64,000 nucleotides of DNA from Heterodontus francisci. Taxonomy: Eukaryota. The translations under genes and the position numbers were made by a program. The DNA is taken from the NCBI RefSeq assembly GCF_036365525.1, contig NC_090404.1, positions 11,994,550 to 12,058,549 on the forward strand. The letters run 5' to 3'. A model generated the notes under the pieces. That model searched no databases, was not told where the DNA came from, and saw nothing but the letters and a program-made list of their open reading frames with translations. Positions within the stretch are counted from its first letter, which is position 1. Every line of letters begins with the position of its first letter. Shown here piece after piece: positions 24,335-37,440 of the stretch.

Positions 24335-24640
24335 GGGCGGCACAGTGGCGCAGTGGTTAGCCACTGGGGTTCAGTTCTGGGTACTACATGATCGGAGTTT
24401 GCGAGTTCTCCCTGTGTCTGCGTGGGTTTCCACCGGGTGCTCCCACATCCAAAGATAGGTTGATAGGTAAATTGACCTTTGTAAATTGCCCCAAGTAGGT
24501 GGAAGGGGAATGGTGGGGATGTGGTAGACAATATGGGGTTAATGCAGGATTAGTGTAAATGGGTGGCTGTTGGTCGGCACAGACTCGGTGGGCCGAAGGG
24601 CCTGTTTCAGTGCTGCACCTCTAAATAAATAAAATAAAAT
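24335..24640 (+). mobile_element. HE1-type SINE
   Basis: Same head, V-domain and tail as 22148-22504, with internal deletions. Confidence 0.88.
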
Positions 24641-24839
24641 ATGCTTTCTGTGTTAGTGGGATTGTGTCTGTGCTCTCTGGTTGCCTGTATGTGTGAGCTG
24701 CATGGCTGTGTGTGGGTACACATAATTCTTAATGCTTGCAATACATTGCACCAAGAGAAGTAATTATGTCCACCTTCTGTTTTTCAGCATTTTATTCAAC
24801 TTCGATTCACACAACATGTGATAACATTGCCAATCGTTT

Positions 24840-26650
24840 TATAGAAGACAAATGTAGGTCCCTTACGGTCAGAAACGGGGCAATCTATAATGGGGAACAA
24901 AGAAATGGCAGAACAATGAAACACATACTTTGGTTCAGTTTTCACAAAGGAGGACACAAATAACCTCCCAGAAATGTTAGGGAACCAAGAGTCCAACGAG
25001 AGGGAGGAACTGAAGGAAATCAATATTAGCAAAAAAATAGTGCGAGGGAAATTAATGGGATTAAAGGCTGACAAATCCCCAGGCCCTGATAATCTACATC
25101 CCAGAGTACTAAAGGAAGTGGCCCTGGAAATAGTGGATGCAGTGATGGTCATCTTCCAAAATTTTATTGACTCTGGAACAGTTCTTACAGATTGGAGGGT
25201 GGAAAGTGTAACCCCACTATTTAAAAAAGCAGGGAGAAAAAAGCCTTACATCAGTAGTGGGGGAAATGTAAGAGTCCATTCTGAAAGATCTGATAGCAGA
25301 ACACCTGGAAAGCATAAACGGGATTGGACAAAGTCAGCATGGGTTTAGGAAAGGGAAATCATGCTTAACAAATATTCTGGAGGTTTTTTTGAGGATGTAA
25401 CTAGCAGAATAGATAAGGGAGAACAAGTGGATGTGGTGTATTTGGATTTTCAGAAGGCTTTTGATAAGGTCCCACTTAAGAGGTTAGTGTGCAAACTTAA
25501 AGCATATGGGATTGGGGGTGATATACTGGCATGGATTGAGAATTGGCTGACAGACAGCAAACAGAGATTGGGAATAAATGGTCTCTTTCTGGGTGGCAGG
25601 CAGTGACTAGTGTGGTACCGCAGGGGTCAGTGCTTGGACCCAGGCTATTCACAATATATATTAACGATTTGGGTGAGGCGACTGAATGTAACATTTCCAA
25701 GTTTGCAGGCGACACAAAGCTGGGGTGTAGGGGGTGGTGGGGAATGTGAGCTGTGAGGAGGATGCAAAGAGGCTTCAGTGTGATTTGGACAAGTTAGGTG
25801 AGTGGGCAAATGCATGGTAGATGCAGTATAACGTGGATCAATGTGAGGTTATCCACTTTGGTTGTAAAAAGAGAAAGGCATATTATTATCTGAGTGGTGA
25901 TAGATTGGGAAAGGGGGAGGTTCAACGAGACCTGGATGCCTTTGTACACCAGTCGCTGAAAACAAGCATTCACGTGCAGCAAGCACTTAGGTGGGCGAAT
26001 GATATGTTGGCCTTCATTGCAAGAGGATTTGAGTACAGGAGCAAGGACGTCATATTGCAGTTATATAGGACATTGGTGAGACCACATTTGGAGTATTGTG
26101 TTCAGTCTTGGTCTCCTGATTTGAGGAAGGATGTTCTTGCCACGGAGGGAGTGCAAAGAAGATTTACTCAGCTGATTCCTGGGATGGCAGGATAGGCGTA
26201 TGGAGAGAGACTGGGCCGACTAGGTCTATATTCACTGGAATTTAGAAGAATGAGAGGGATCTCATAGACACCTATAACATTCTAACAGAACTGGGCAGGC
26301 TAGATGCAGGAAGGATGCTCCCGATGGCTTGGGAGTCCCAAACCAGGAGTCACAGTCTCAGGATATGGGATATGCCATTTAGAACCGAGACGTGGAGAAA
26401 TGTCTTCACTCAGAGGGTTGTGAACCTGTGGAGTTCTCTACTGCAGAAGGCAGTGGAGGCCAAGTCATTAAATATATTCAAGAAAGGGACAGATATATTT
26501 CTGAATGCCAATGGGATCAAGGGATATGGGGAGAAAGAAGGAACAGGGTACTGAATTGGAAGATCAGCCATGATCTTTTTTGAATGGTGGAGCAGGCCCG
26601 AATGGTAGAATGGCCTACTCCTGCCCCTATTTTTTTATGTTTCTATGTTT
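24840..26650 (+). mobile_element. CR1-clade LINE, 5'-truncated and frameshifted
   Basis: [50 protein letters not shown]. Confidence 0.93.
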
Positions 26651-28129
26651 AATAACAATGACAAATATTCGCAACCCATTCTGTTGCAAGTTCTTGTTTC
26701 GAAAGCAATCTCACATTGAACATTCTGTTACCAAGGCGAGCACGTCTGTCACCGAACTCATTGAACCTCTCTCCTCTCTCTCAGACTGAGCTCACTGAAC
26801 CTTTCTCCTCTCCCTCTTTTTCTCTGTCTCTCTCACTCAGACAGACCCTGACTCCCTTAAAATCTCCTGTTTTCGAATAATCCTCTGTGAGGAAAATTCA
26901 TGTTGTTTGTTTCCCCTCATTTCTCCCAGTGATCATCCTCAATCCATGTTCTTCAGTGAATGCTTGAACACCCAAATGAACTCATGTCTTTTACTCTTGA
27001 AATGAGAATGGAGGTGAATGCAATGTTGAGTCCAGAAGCAATCAGTGTGCTGGTTCTTGGTGCTGTCAGAGTGAATCCACCCTCACAGGCAGGATGACTG
27101 TTCATGGTGATAACATGAAACAGACAGCTGCTGTTTCATTCTCAGGTAGCACAACTTCCTATTTCTCTGCTGCCGCTTCAAAACCGCACATCTCACTTCT
27201 GAGCAGAAAATAAATCCAGGGGCCACAATCTGATGGAAACATCTGCTAAGGCGGCCTATATCTGGCCACAGAGTCGGTGCAGAGTCACACAGGTCACATT
27301 GTGGAAACATTTACAAATGAACCTGTTGTTTCTGTTTCGAGTCTCTATTCCCGGACATAACTGGCAATGTCTGGATCAGTCACCGATCTCCCTCTGCTCT
27401 CTGGAGCCGGGAGCTGGTCGTTTGCTCCCTTTCATTTTATATAATTCTCTCTGTGTGTTCCTTGTTCGCCCATAACTCCGCTTTTATCTCTCACCACCTT
27501 CTGTTTCTGCCTTTTTATAGTCCCTCTCAGTTTTTCTCTCACTCTTTCTTTCTCTAGTTTTCTCGCATCTTTTTCCATCTGCGTGTTCCTATTTAATAGA
27601 GATGTTCAAAATAATAAGGAATTTTTGATAGATTATGTGAGGAGAAACAGGAGTTGCCCTCCATAGAGCAGAGAAGGTTCAAGGGAGATTTCATGGAAGT
27701 GTGCAAAATCAGAAAAGATTTTTCATAGATATGGAGAAACTGTTTCCAATAGCAGGAGGGTTTGTAAGCAGAGGGCACAGAGATTTAAGATATTTGGAAA
27801 CAGAACCAGAGGGAGAGATGAGGAGAATTTTGTTTTTAAACAGTGATTTATTGTGATCAGGAATGCACACCCTGAAAGGGTGCTGGAAGCAAATTGAATA
27901 GTAACTTTCAATGGGAACTGGATAAATATCTGAAGGGGAGCAAATTGGCTGCGTTATGGGGAATAGGACTAATTGGACAGATCACTCGTTTTTACTCTGA
28001 ATTTTCCTCTGGTGAGGTTTTGAGGTTTGATCTTTTCAGTCATCATGTGCCTTTAACAGAAGATTTAAAACATTAGTTTCTGCAAACTGTCAGATCCAGC
28101 CCCGATGTTTCTGTGTAGCACGGGGACTG

Positions 28130-28400
28130 AAATAAAGAAAAAGAAAGACTTGAATTTCTATAGCGCTTTTCACAACCACCGGACATCTCAAAATGCTTTA
28201 TAGCCAATGAAGTACTTTTGAAGTGCGGTCACTATTGTAATGTAGAAGCACAGCAGCCAATTTGCAAACAACAAACTCCCACAAACAAAATTTAATCCTG
28301 CAATTTCGTGTCAGCCTTGATTTTCGTGCTCACGCCCTGGAGTGGGTCTTGAACTGTGACTCAGAGGTCAGAGTGTTACCAACTAAGGCACAGCTGACAG
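28130..28400 (-). mobile_element. Deu-domain SINE remnant (SacSINE1-like)
   Basis: AGCCAATGAAGTACTTTTGAAGTG.GGTCACT.TTGTAATGTAG..CAGCCAATTTGC and the reverse tRNA-like head GAGTGGGTCTTGAAC..GACTCAGAGG..AGAGTGTTACCAACT. Family recognised from memory. Confidence 0.7.
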
Positions 28401-29052
28401 CTGCAGAATGATGAGAAGGAACAGATTCTTTTCAGTGCCTCTGAGAAATGCACCATTGACACCTCAGATATCAGAAATCTCTGGAGTCCGCCACGTCTTC
28501 ATGGTCACCCCCTTTTGTGCATCAGCTCTTAGTCGGGTGGAATCAGTCACATGCCTTTGTCATGATGTTCCCACACCGACATTATCACACAAATGCCTGT
28601 GTCACTCACCATGACACAGAAGCCTGCACTGGGCCCAAAACATCATTATTTCCCTGCTCATTGTCTTCCTGTTGCAATCAGGCATTTGTTAGGCCCCCTG
28701 CCTTCCTCAATGTAAGAATACTTGCACTAAAAGCAGCTTGTGTTATTGATACACTGGAGCCCGCCTCTGTGATTATTATTATACCAGGTCCCAGTATATA
28801 TTCAAGAAGGGGATAGATATATTTCTGAATGCCAAATGGATCTAGGGATATGGGGAGAAAGTGGGAACAGGGTACTGAATTAGACGATCAGCCATGATCT
28901 TTTTTGAATTTTGGAGCAGGCCAGAAGGGCCGAATGGCCTACTCCTGTTTCTATTTTTGTATTTTTCTAAGACAGCAATTAACAAGATTAAACATATTCT
29001 TCCATAGAGAAAATGATTACACCCTCCCACACTCACAAATATATGGCGTGGA

Positions 29053-29222
29053 AATTGGTCTCAGGCAGTGGCACAGAACGAGCAGTGTGGGATTGAATGC
29101 CTGGTATCGGCAGCGCCTGATATTTAATTCTGTTGAGTGTAATGAAACTGAATATCAGGTGCGGCATACAACGGGCGAACGAGCCAATAGCGCCCGGTTT
29201 TGGCCGTCACACGAGACCAATT
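29053..29222. mobile_element. Short palindromic MITE-like element
   Basis: Terminal inverted repeat AATTGGTCTC/GAGACCAATT and inner inverted repeat GCGCCTGATATT/AATATCAGGTGC. Confidence 0.55.
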
Positions 29223-29259
29223 AGCAGTTGAACATCTTTATTTATAATATATCTTCATC

Positions 29260-32080
29260 TCAGAGAAACATGGCCTAGTGCAGTGATAACCCGACAGGGC
29301 CTGGAACAATATAAACATAGACAAGGTCTAGCTTGATATAGATAGAGACAGGGTCTTATTTAATATAAACAGAGACAGGTCGAGTTTAATATAAACAGAG
29401 GCAGGGCTAGTGTAATATAAACAGAGACAGGGCCGAGAGTAATATAAACAGACTAGAATTATGTAGCAGACAAAGGGTATTACAAGCAGAACGGGTCCAG
29501 TGCAATATAAACAAAGAAATAGTCTGGTGAAATATAGTCAGGAACAGGGCCTAGTGTAATATAAACAGAGACAGAGTCTTGCTCAATATAAACAGAGACT
29601 GGGTCTAGTTGAATATATACAGACACAGGTTCTAGTGTAATAGAAACAGAGAAAGGGCCAGTGTAATATAAACAGACACGTGATCTAGTGTAATATAAAC
29701 ACACGGGCTGCACTGTAATATAAACAGATACAGGGCCAACTGTAATATAAAAAGAGGCAAGCTATTGCTTAATACAAACAGAGACTGGGTCTAGTTCTAG
29801 ACACTCAGATACAGGTTCCAGTGTAATAGAAACAGAGACAGCATCGAGTGTAATATAAACAGAGATTGGGTGTAGTGTAATATAAACAGAGGCAGGGCCT
29901 AGGGCAGTATGAAGAGAGATAGGATTTCATGTAATATAAACAAAGGCATGGTCTAGCACAATATTAATGTATGGAGAGGGCCTCGTTTAATATAAAGAGA
30001 CATGTTTCAGTGGAGTAATATTGCTCTGGTATAATAGGGACAGAGAAAGAGCCTTATGTAAGATAAATAGAGCAAGAGCTTAGTGTAATATAAACAGAGA
30101 AAGGGCCTATTGTAATATAAATAGAGACAAGGCCTGCATTAATACAAACAGAGTCGGTGTCCAGGGCAATATTAACAGAGACAGGGTCTACGGTAATGAA
30201 AACAGAGACAGAGTCTCGTGGAATATATACAGAGACAGGGCCAAGTGTAATATAAACTGAGACAGGACGTATTGTAATATAAACAGCGACAAGTTCTCAG
30301 GTAATATAAACAGAGAAAGGCCTAGTGCAATATAAAAGAGACAGGGTGTAGTAATATACACAGAGACAGGGTAAAATGTAATATAAACAGAGATAGGATC
30401 TAGTTTAATACAAACAGAGAAAGGGCCAACCATAATATAAACAGAGACAGGGTCAACATTAATAGAAACAGTGTAATACAGATAGAGACAATGTCAAGTG
30501 TCAGAAACAGAGATGGGGTCTAGTGTAATGCAAACCGAGACAGGGTATAGTGTAACATAAGCATAGACGGGGTCTAGTTGCATATAAACAGGGACAGGGT
30601 ATAGTGTAATATTAACAGAGATTGGGTCTTGTGTAATATAAACAGAGACAGGGTACAGTGTAATATGAACAGAGGCAGGGCCTTGTACAATATAAACAGA
30701 CATGCTCCAGTGTAATATAAACAGAGAGAGTGGTCCTAGTGTAATATAAACACAATACTAATGTAGAGAGAGGGCTTAGTTTGATACGAAGAGACATGTT
30801 CCAGTGGAGGAATAACAGGGACATGGTCTAACGTAAGCTAAACAGAGACATTGACTACTCCAGCATTAATTGAGACTGGGTTTAGTGTAGTAAAGCAGAC
30901 ACAGAGATTGGTGCAGTAATAACAGAGACTTTTGCGAATTTAATATAAACAGAGTCATAGTTCTGTGTATTAATAAGTGAGAAAGGGTCTAGAACAGTAA
31001 TAATTGAGAGAGGAACTGGCGCATCGGATCGGAGACAGGCTCTGTTGTAATATGAACAGGGACAAGGTCTTGTGCAGGAATACTAAGACAGGGCCTAGTG
31101 CAGCAATTATTGATACAGGACATATAGTAATCTAAACCAACACTGGGGATCGTTCAGTAATTACTGAGACAGGGCCTAGCGCAGTAAAAACTGGAATTGG
31201 GTCTCGTGTAGTATTCACAGAGATGGGATAGTGCAATTTAAACAGATACATGTTCCAGTGCAATACGAAATGAGTCGAGTACAGTAATAATTGAGACAGA
31301 GTTTTGTGTAATGTGTGCAGAGACATGGTATAGTATAGTCAGAAGTGAAACAGAGCCTAGTGTAAGAAAAAAACTGAGACAAGTTCCAGTGCAGTTTTAA
31401 CTGATAGAGGACATTGTGCAATAGAAACTGAGACAGTCCCTAGTGCAGCTATTACTGATACAAGACCTGGATTTCTATGAGCTGGGACATGGACAAATGC
31501 AGTAATAGGTGAGACAGGATTCCGTATCATTTAACAGAGAGATGGTTCATTACAGTAATAACGGAGAGAGGACATTGTGTGATAGAAACAGAAACGTGGC
31601 CTAATGCAGCAATAACTTAGACAGGGCATTGTGTAATGCAAGCAGAAACATGGTCCAGTATATTAACACCTGAGATTAGGCTAATGTAGAAATACCTGAG
31701 GCATGGACTGCTTTAACATGATCTGAGAAATTGTTTGTTGTAATATAAATAGGAAAATGACCTCGTGTAATATAAACAGAGACACCATTTAGTATAGCAT
31801 TGACTAAAGCAAGCTTTAGCTTCATATAAAAGCAAAATACTGCGGAGTTCCGAAGAAGGGTCACTGACCCGAAACGTTACCTCTGCTTCTCTTTCCACAG
31901 ATGCTGCCAAACCTGCTGAGTGGTTCCAGCATTTCTTGTTTTTATTTTAGCTTCATATAAACTGAGACAGAGTCTAGTGTAATATAAGTAGAGAAAAGGT
32001 CTAGTGTAATATAAACAAAGTAATTGCCTTGTGTAATATAAACAGAGACAGGGTCTAGAGCAGTATTAACTGAGGCAGCG
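29260..32080. repeat. Degenerate 27-bp minisatellite (same family as 6480-7665)
   Basis: GTGTAATATAAACAGAGACAGGG units, increasingly diverged. Confidence 0.93.
31831..31945 (+). mobile_element. Penelope-like terminal fragment inserted in the satellite
   Basis: Flanked by the direct repeat TTTAGCTTCATATAAA (31815-31830, 31946-31961). Begins with an inverted piece of the element tail. Carries a hammerhead-like core CCGAAGA-AGGGTCACTGACCC-GAAACGTT. Confidence 0.75.
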
Positions 32081-32633
32081 CCTGTTTCTGGTAATATTAG
32101 CCAACGGGCTTTCACTGACACGTGGTGCTTGTGTTTGGCCATTGTTCCTGTTGTGAAAAAGTCGAAGTCAGTTGCTGTTTCTGATATTAATACATCAAGG
32201 AACAACTTGCATTGCGATAGCAGCTCATCACCTTCTCTGGAAGGTCCCAAAATTTGAGGTGCAACTGATTCCAGATGAACGTGGCCGATTTGTGTGCAGA
32301 AACACCAGGAATAGAGCAAAGTGCCTGAACTCTTGTTAATGAATTTTCGTTGATCTTGGTTGATTAGGTTGTGACACGTGAGGCAGAATCTGCCTCTCAA
32401 GGGTTGGCCTTCACAGCGTCAGCAAAGGTGCACCAAGAGAAGACACCCAACCTAAATTGATTGTTTGCTGCACACGCATCATCATTCTGTAGCTGGAAGA
32501 TGCCAAACCATTATTGAAGGGCAGAATGTTGACCAGGGCACAATGTGGGGACCATGGGAACTTTAATATCTAACTCAACAGATAAGGGGGAGGGGAGAGA
32601 TTATTGGTTCATGATATCATCTGAAAGACAATG

Positions 32634-33644
32634 GGGGGCGATTTTCACCGATACTTTAAATGCTACAGAGCCTCCAATGGAGCCAAGGTTGGACCTTAAG
32701 ATGAAGAATTGATTTAGACTGCGTTTAACAGAAGATACCATCTTGGATAAGGTGTTGACGCTTGCGCTTGGATCAGTCACCCGCAGGATCATTCAGCAGC
32801 TGATTGCCACTGAAATCGCCTGTTAATGCTCATTGAAGAGGCTGGACTTCATTTTAGCAACTCGCACTTGACCGATCTTCTCTATAAACAGCTTCCAGCT
32901 GAGTGGGGTAAACAAGTTGTTACAGAGGGCTTTTGTGCTACTTAATGGTACGACACCTTTCACTGTCCACTTGCTGCTGGAGGTTTGAAGAGGTGTTTTG
33001 AAACCCATCAGGAGAATTTCGGGAACACTTTTTCGACTTCGCTAACATACCATCAACATTTATTCTTGGAATTCTCTGACGGTCTCACCCAAAAAATGTA
33101 AGAGCTGTGTGACTTGACCTGAGAGGAGTCACTAGGATAAATGGAATGCTTGGTCATCGGCATCTTCCTGACTGGTCAAATGGGGTGAGGACATGCGGCC
33201 AGGAAGAGCAGCACCAGCTGCTGTAGCAGAGTGAGACAGGAGGGTGAGGTGGTGTCCTTCCCCATTGCGGGTACAGGACGTCCCTGCTCCCTTGGATCTC
33301 CTCCACCAGGAACTGCAATGCTGTGCATGAGAATCTGTGCACCCATTCAAATGGTTCCTGAGCCATCCTGAAATATGTCACTGTGTGTCAGCCAGGTTAT
33401 CCCACGCTTATAGTAGAAGTGGGTGCATGGAGCTCACAGAATCTGCTTCAAGAAAATTGTGGTCAATCAGCACTTGAGTGCTAAACCTGCTGGTCATGGT
33501 TTAGTGCCTCCAGGCAAGTTCAATTATGGTAATCAGCAATCAAGATCAAAATTGTCTGAACAATCCAGACATTCAAACAGAGGTATTTCACTAGCACAGT
33601 GCCCATTGAGACTCTGCTTTCACTCTTTCACCAAAATCACCCCC
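32634..33644 (-). mobile_element. Non-autonomous PIF/Harbinger-derived element with Myb/SANT-like remnant
   Basis: Inverted termini GGGGGCGATTTTCA / CCAAAATCACCCCC followed by TAA. Minus-strand MAQ..HRFSCTALQFLVEEIQGSRDVLYPQWGR resembles the N-terminus of the Harbinger Myb-like protein. Confidence 0.65.
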
Positions 33645-34149
33645 TAAGTGTATGTTATATATGTGTGCGTGTATGTGTACAAAACTCATCATGTTGTTTG
33701 CAATTCCACAAACATAAATAGTTAGCTCACCAATTATTTTCAGCATTTCATGATATTTAATTCAAAATGTAATTGCAGACCGAGGGTAATGAGCAGCTGC
33801 TCACCCGTCTTTGTGCTTTATTGTTAAGTGATCACCTCACCATCACAGAAGCTGCTGGTATATACCTCACATGTGTGATGATTTGTGCAAGTAATGGTAA
33901 AAATGAAACTACCTGTACCTAACGTGGTTAATAAATTTGTAAATGACTGATGTATAATTTCCCTCATTTGCAAAGGAATGAAACACTTGCTGCTTTCCAG
34001 TGAAATTTGCACCATTTTTGTTTCCACAGACTTCACTTTTAGCCCGTTACCTTCAATATTTCCTTCCCGACGTCTTCCATTTTTGTATGGTTCAGTTCAT
34101 TGACATCTGAGGCAAAACCTACCATGTTTTTGGAAGTGACATCGTTCAG

Positions 34150-34860
34150 TGGAATAAATAGAGACATGGCCTTGTGCAGCAATAATTGAGACATAGCCTA
34201 GCATAATATAGAAAGCAACATGGTCTAGTGTCATGCAAGTGGGACATGACCTCGTGTAGTAATAACTGAGCAAGGCCTAATGTATTAGAAACAGACAAAT
34301 GGTCTCCTGCACTAATAACTACACAGTAAGCTGAGACAGGGCCTCGTGTGATAGAAACAAAGATAGGGTCCTATGTAGTAATAGGTGAGACAGGGCCTAG
34401 TGTAATATGAGCTGAAGCATGGTCTAGTGCTGTAATAACCTAAAATGGATCGTGTGCAATGTAAACAAAGAGATGGTCTAATGCAGTGCCAACTGAGATA
34501 ATGTCAAGTGTAATATAAACGAGTGCAGTCATCAAGGAGGCAGTGCCTAGTGTAACATAAATAGAGACAGGGTCTAGTGAAATATCAACAGAGACTCTAT
34601 TTCGTCGAGTACTAAATGAGGCAGGATCTGGTGCAATAGAAATAGAGACATGGTTTAATAACTGAGAGAGGAGGTGCTGCAATATAAACAAATGGAATGA
34701 GATGTCTTCTAGTGCAGTCATAATTGAGACATAATCTTGTATAATATACTAAGAGGCACAATACTCGGCATTTAAAACTGAGACATTAGCATAATAACAA
34801 CAACAGAAATAGAGTCGGGTGGAATATAAACAGGATCTAGTGTAATGTAATGTAATATGT
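34150..34860. repeat. Degenerate 27-bp minisatellite
   Basis: GAGACAGGGTCTAGTG.AATA units. Confidence 0.85.
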
Positions 34861-35008
34861 ACTCCAAGACCATGTATATGTTCATATTACGTCAGGCCTG
34901 GTCTCAGTTCTCATTGCCACGAAGCCATATACCACACGAGTAGATAAATAATGATAATGCTAAACCTTCAAAAAAAAAAACACCGGTCAGCCTCAGTTGG
35001 AGTAATGT

Positions 35009-35325
35009 AACAATCTCAGAGAGATGACTGGGTTTGAGGGATCACATTAAAGGTGAAAATTAGTGCACGGCACTTTGCACTACTTAGTGACAAACTCTGT
35101 TATGTTAAAGTTTACTAATTCATTCTTGTGTTGTGCTGTGATAATTGCTCACAGTTTCTTTTCTTAGTTAAGGGTTGTTTTTCCTGCAGGATTTTCTATT
35201 TAGCTTTCCTCTGACCCACTGTCTGTGCCCGACAGAGTCTGAAACCGTGACCACACAGCACAGCCGTATGGGCTGCCGTAGGGTCCTAAACTCCACCCAA
35301 TGAATTAGCTCTCAGCTGCGAGATC
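35009..35325 (+). other. Duplicated donor-intron-exon-like module, copy 2
   Basis: AAAG|GTGAA (35053), 137-nt intron-like segment, ttcctgcag (35189). Shares ATGGGCTGCCGTAGGGTCCTAA with copy 1. Confidence 0.5.
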
Positions 35326-35594
35326 GGAAAAAACTAAAGTGCATTTATATATAATACATATGTGTATATGTGTGCTTTTATTTATACAGAATATATATAT
35401 AAAATGTGTGTGGATATGTGATTGTGTGGAAAGCACATCATTATTTATATTTACAAGCTGAAGTGACGAAGAGAGGTGATTATCTTCACAAATTATGTTT
35501 TTGGCATTTTATTTCCTTCTATTCAAAACGTATTTGCAGAACATTTAATACATTTGACCAAGGCTCGAAATTTATTACACAAGACGTTTTCACT

Positions 35595-37440
35595 GTTCAC
35601 ATTATGTCACATCTCTGTCTATGGATGTGGAAAGGATGTTTACTGTTGTGGGAGTATCTAAAACTAGGGGTCACTGTTCAAAAAAATGGGTCACCCATTT
35701 AAAACAGAGACGAGATTTTGCTTTCTCTCAGAGGGTCGTGAGTCTTTGGAACTTTGTTCCTCAAAAGGCGGTGGAAGCAGAGATTTTGAATATTTTTAAG
35801 GCAGAGGTAGATAGATTCTTTATAAGGAAAGGGATGAAAGGTTTTTGTTCGCCGATAGGCATGTGAAGTTGAGGTTATCATCCGATCCGCCATGATCTAG
35901 TTGAATGGCGCAACAGCCTCGAGCGGCCAAGTGGCCTATTCCTGCTCCTAATTCGTATGCTTGTATGTATGTTAGATGCTCTCATTTGTTACTGAATTGC
36001 ACAATGTGTCAATTAAGATTGCACTAGATCCTATCTCAGTTATGAATACACCACGCCATGTGTCTGTTTATATTATATTAGCCCTTGTCTCAAGTGTCAT
36101 TGCACTATGCCATAGAATACTCCAGTGCAAAAATGATTATGATAAACTTTTACAAAACACCAGTAGGCCTTAGCTGGAGTATTGTGTCCAATTCAGGGTG
36201 CCACATTTTCAGAAGGACTGAGCCTTGGGGAAGGTCCAGAAAATACTTTCTAAACTGGGACCAGGGATGAAAGATTCCAGTAACTTGGAGAGACTGGAGA
36301 AGCTGAGGTTGTTCTGCCGAGAGCAGAGAAGGTTAAAAGGAGATTTCATAGAGGCGTTCAAAATCATGAACTGTTTTGATAGAATAAATAAACTGAAAAT
36401 ATTTTCAGTGGCAGAAGAATCGGTAACGAGAGGGAACAGATTCAAAGTAAATAGCGAAGTAATCAAAGGCTACATATAAATGACTTGGATCTTGGAATGC
36501 AAAGTAGAATCGCAATATTTGTCAATGACATCAAACTTGGAGGGATGGCAAACTGTGAGGATGATATGAACCACTTGCAACAGGACATCGATAGGCGAGC
36601 AGAGTGGGCCGACAAGTGACAGATGGAATTTACTGCTGCCTAGTGTGAGGTGATGCATTTTGGCAGAAGGAATAGGGAGAGGCAATATATACTTTATGGC
36701 ACAGTTCCAAAGATTGTGCAGGAACAGAGGGACCTAGGGGTGCACGTGCATCAATCTTTGAAGGCGGCAGGACATATTGAGAGAGTGTTTAGTAAAGCAC
36801 ATGGGTTCTTGGGCTTCATAAATAGAGGCATTGAGAACAAAAGCAGGGAAGTTATGCTGAAACTTTATAAAGCCCTTTGGTAAGGCCCAAATGGAGTATT
36901 GCGCCCAGTTCTGGCCACCATACTTTAGGAAGAACGTGATGGGCCTTGAGAGAGATTTATCACAATGGTTCCAGGGATGGAGGAATTTAGTTCCCAATTA
37001 GTTTGGAAAAACTGGTGTTATTCTTCTTAGAACAAAAGGGATTGAAAGGAGATTTAATAAAAATGTACAAGATTATGACAGGCTTAGATAAGTTAGAGAA
37101 GGGAAAACTGTTTACATTAACTAATGGTACAAGGACTAGGGGGCACAGATTGAAGGTTTTGGGCAAGAGATTGAGGGCGAATATGAGAAATCAGTTTTTT
37201 ACGCAGCAGGTAGTAATGATCTGGAACTCGTTGCACACGAGGGTGGTAGAAGCAGCGACAGCAAATGACTTCAAAATGAAACTGGATGAGAACTCGAAGG
37301 AAATAGACTTGCAGGGCTACGAGGATCAAACGGGGGAGTGGAGCTGAATAAATAGCTCTGTTAAGAGCCGGCGTGGTCCCGATGAGCTGAATGGCCTCCT
37401 TCTGTGCTGTAAATGACTCTATAACTCAATGACTCTAGGC
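35595..37440 (+). mobile_element. Cluster of CR1-clade LINE 3' fragments
   Basis: ORFs 35621, 36225, 36650 and 37003 carry RVVSLWN, RRLKGDFIE, EQRDLGVHVH and RTRGHRLK. Confidence 0.88.
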
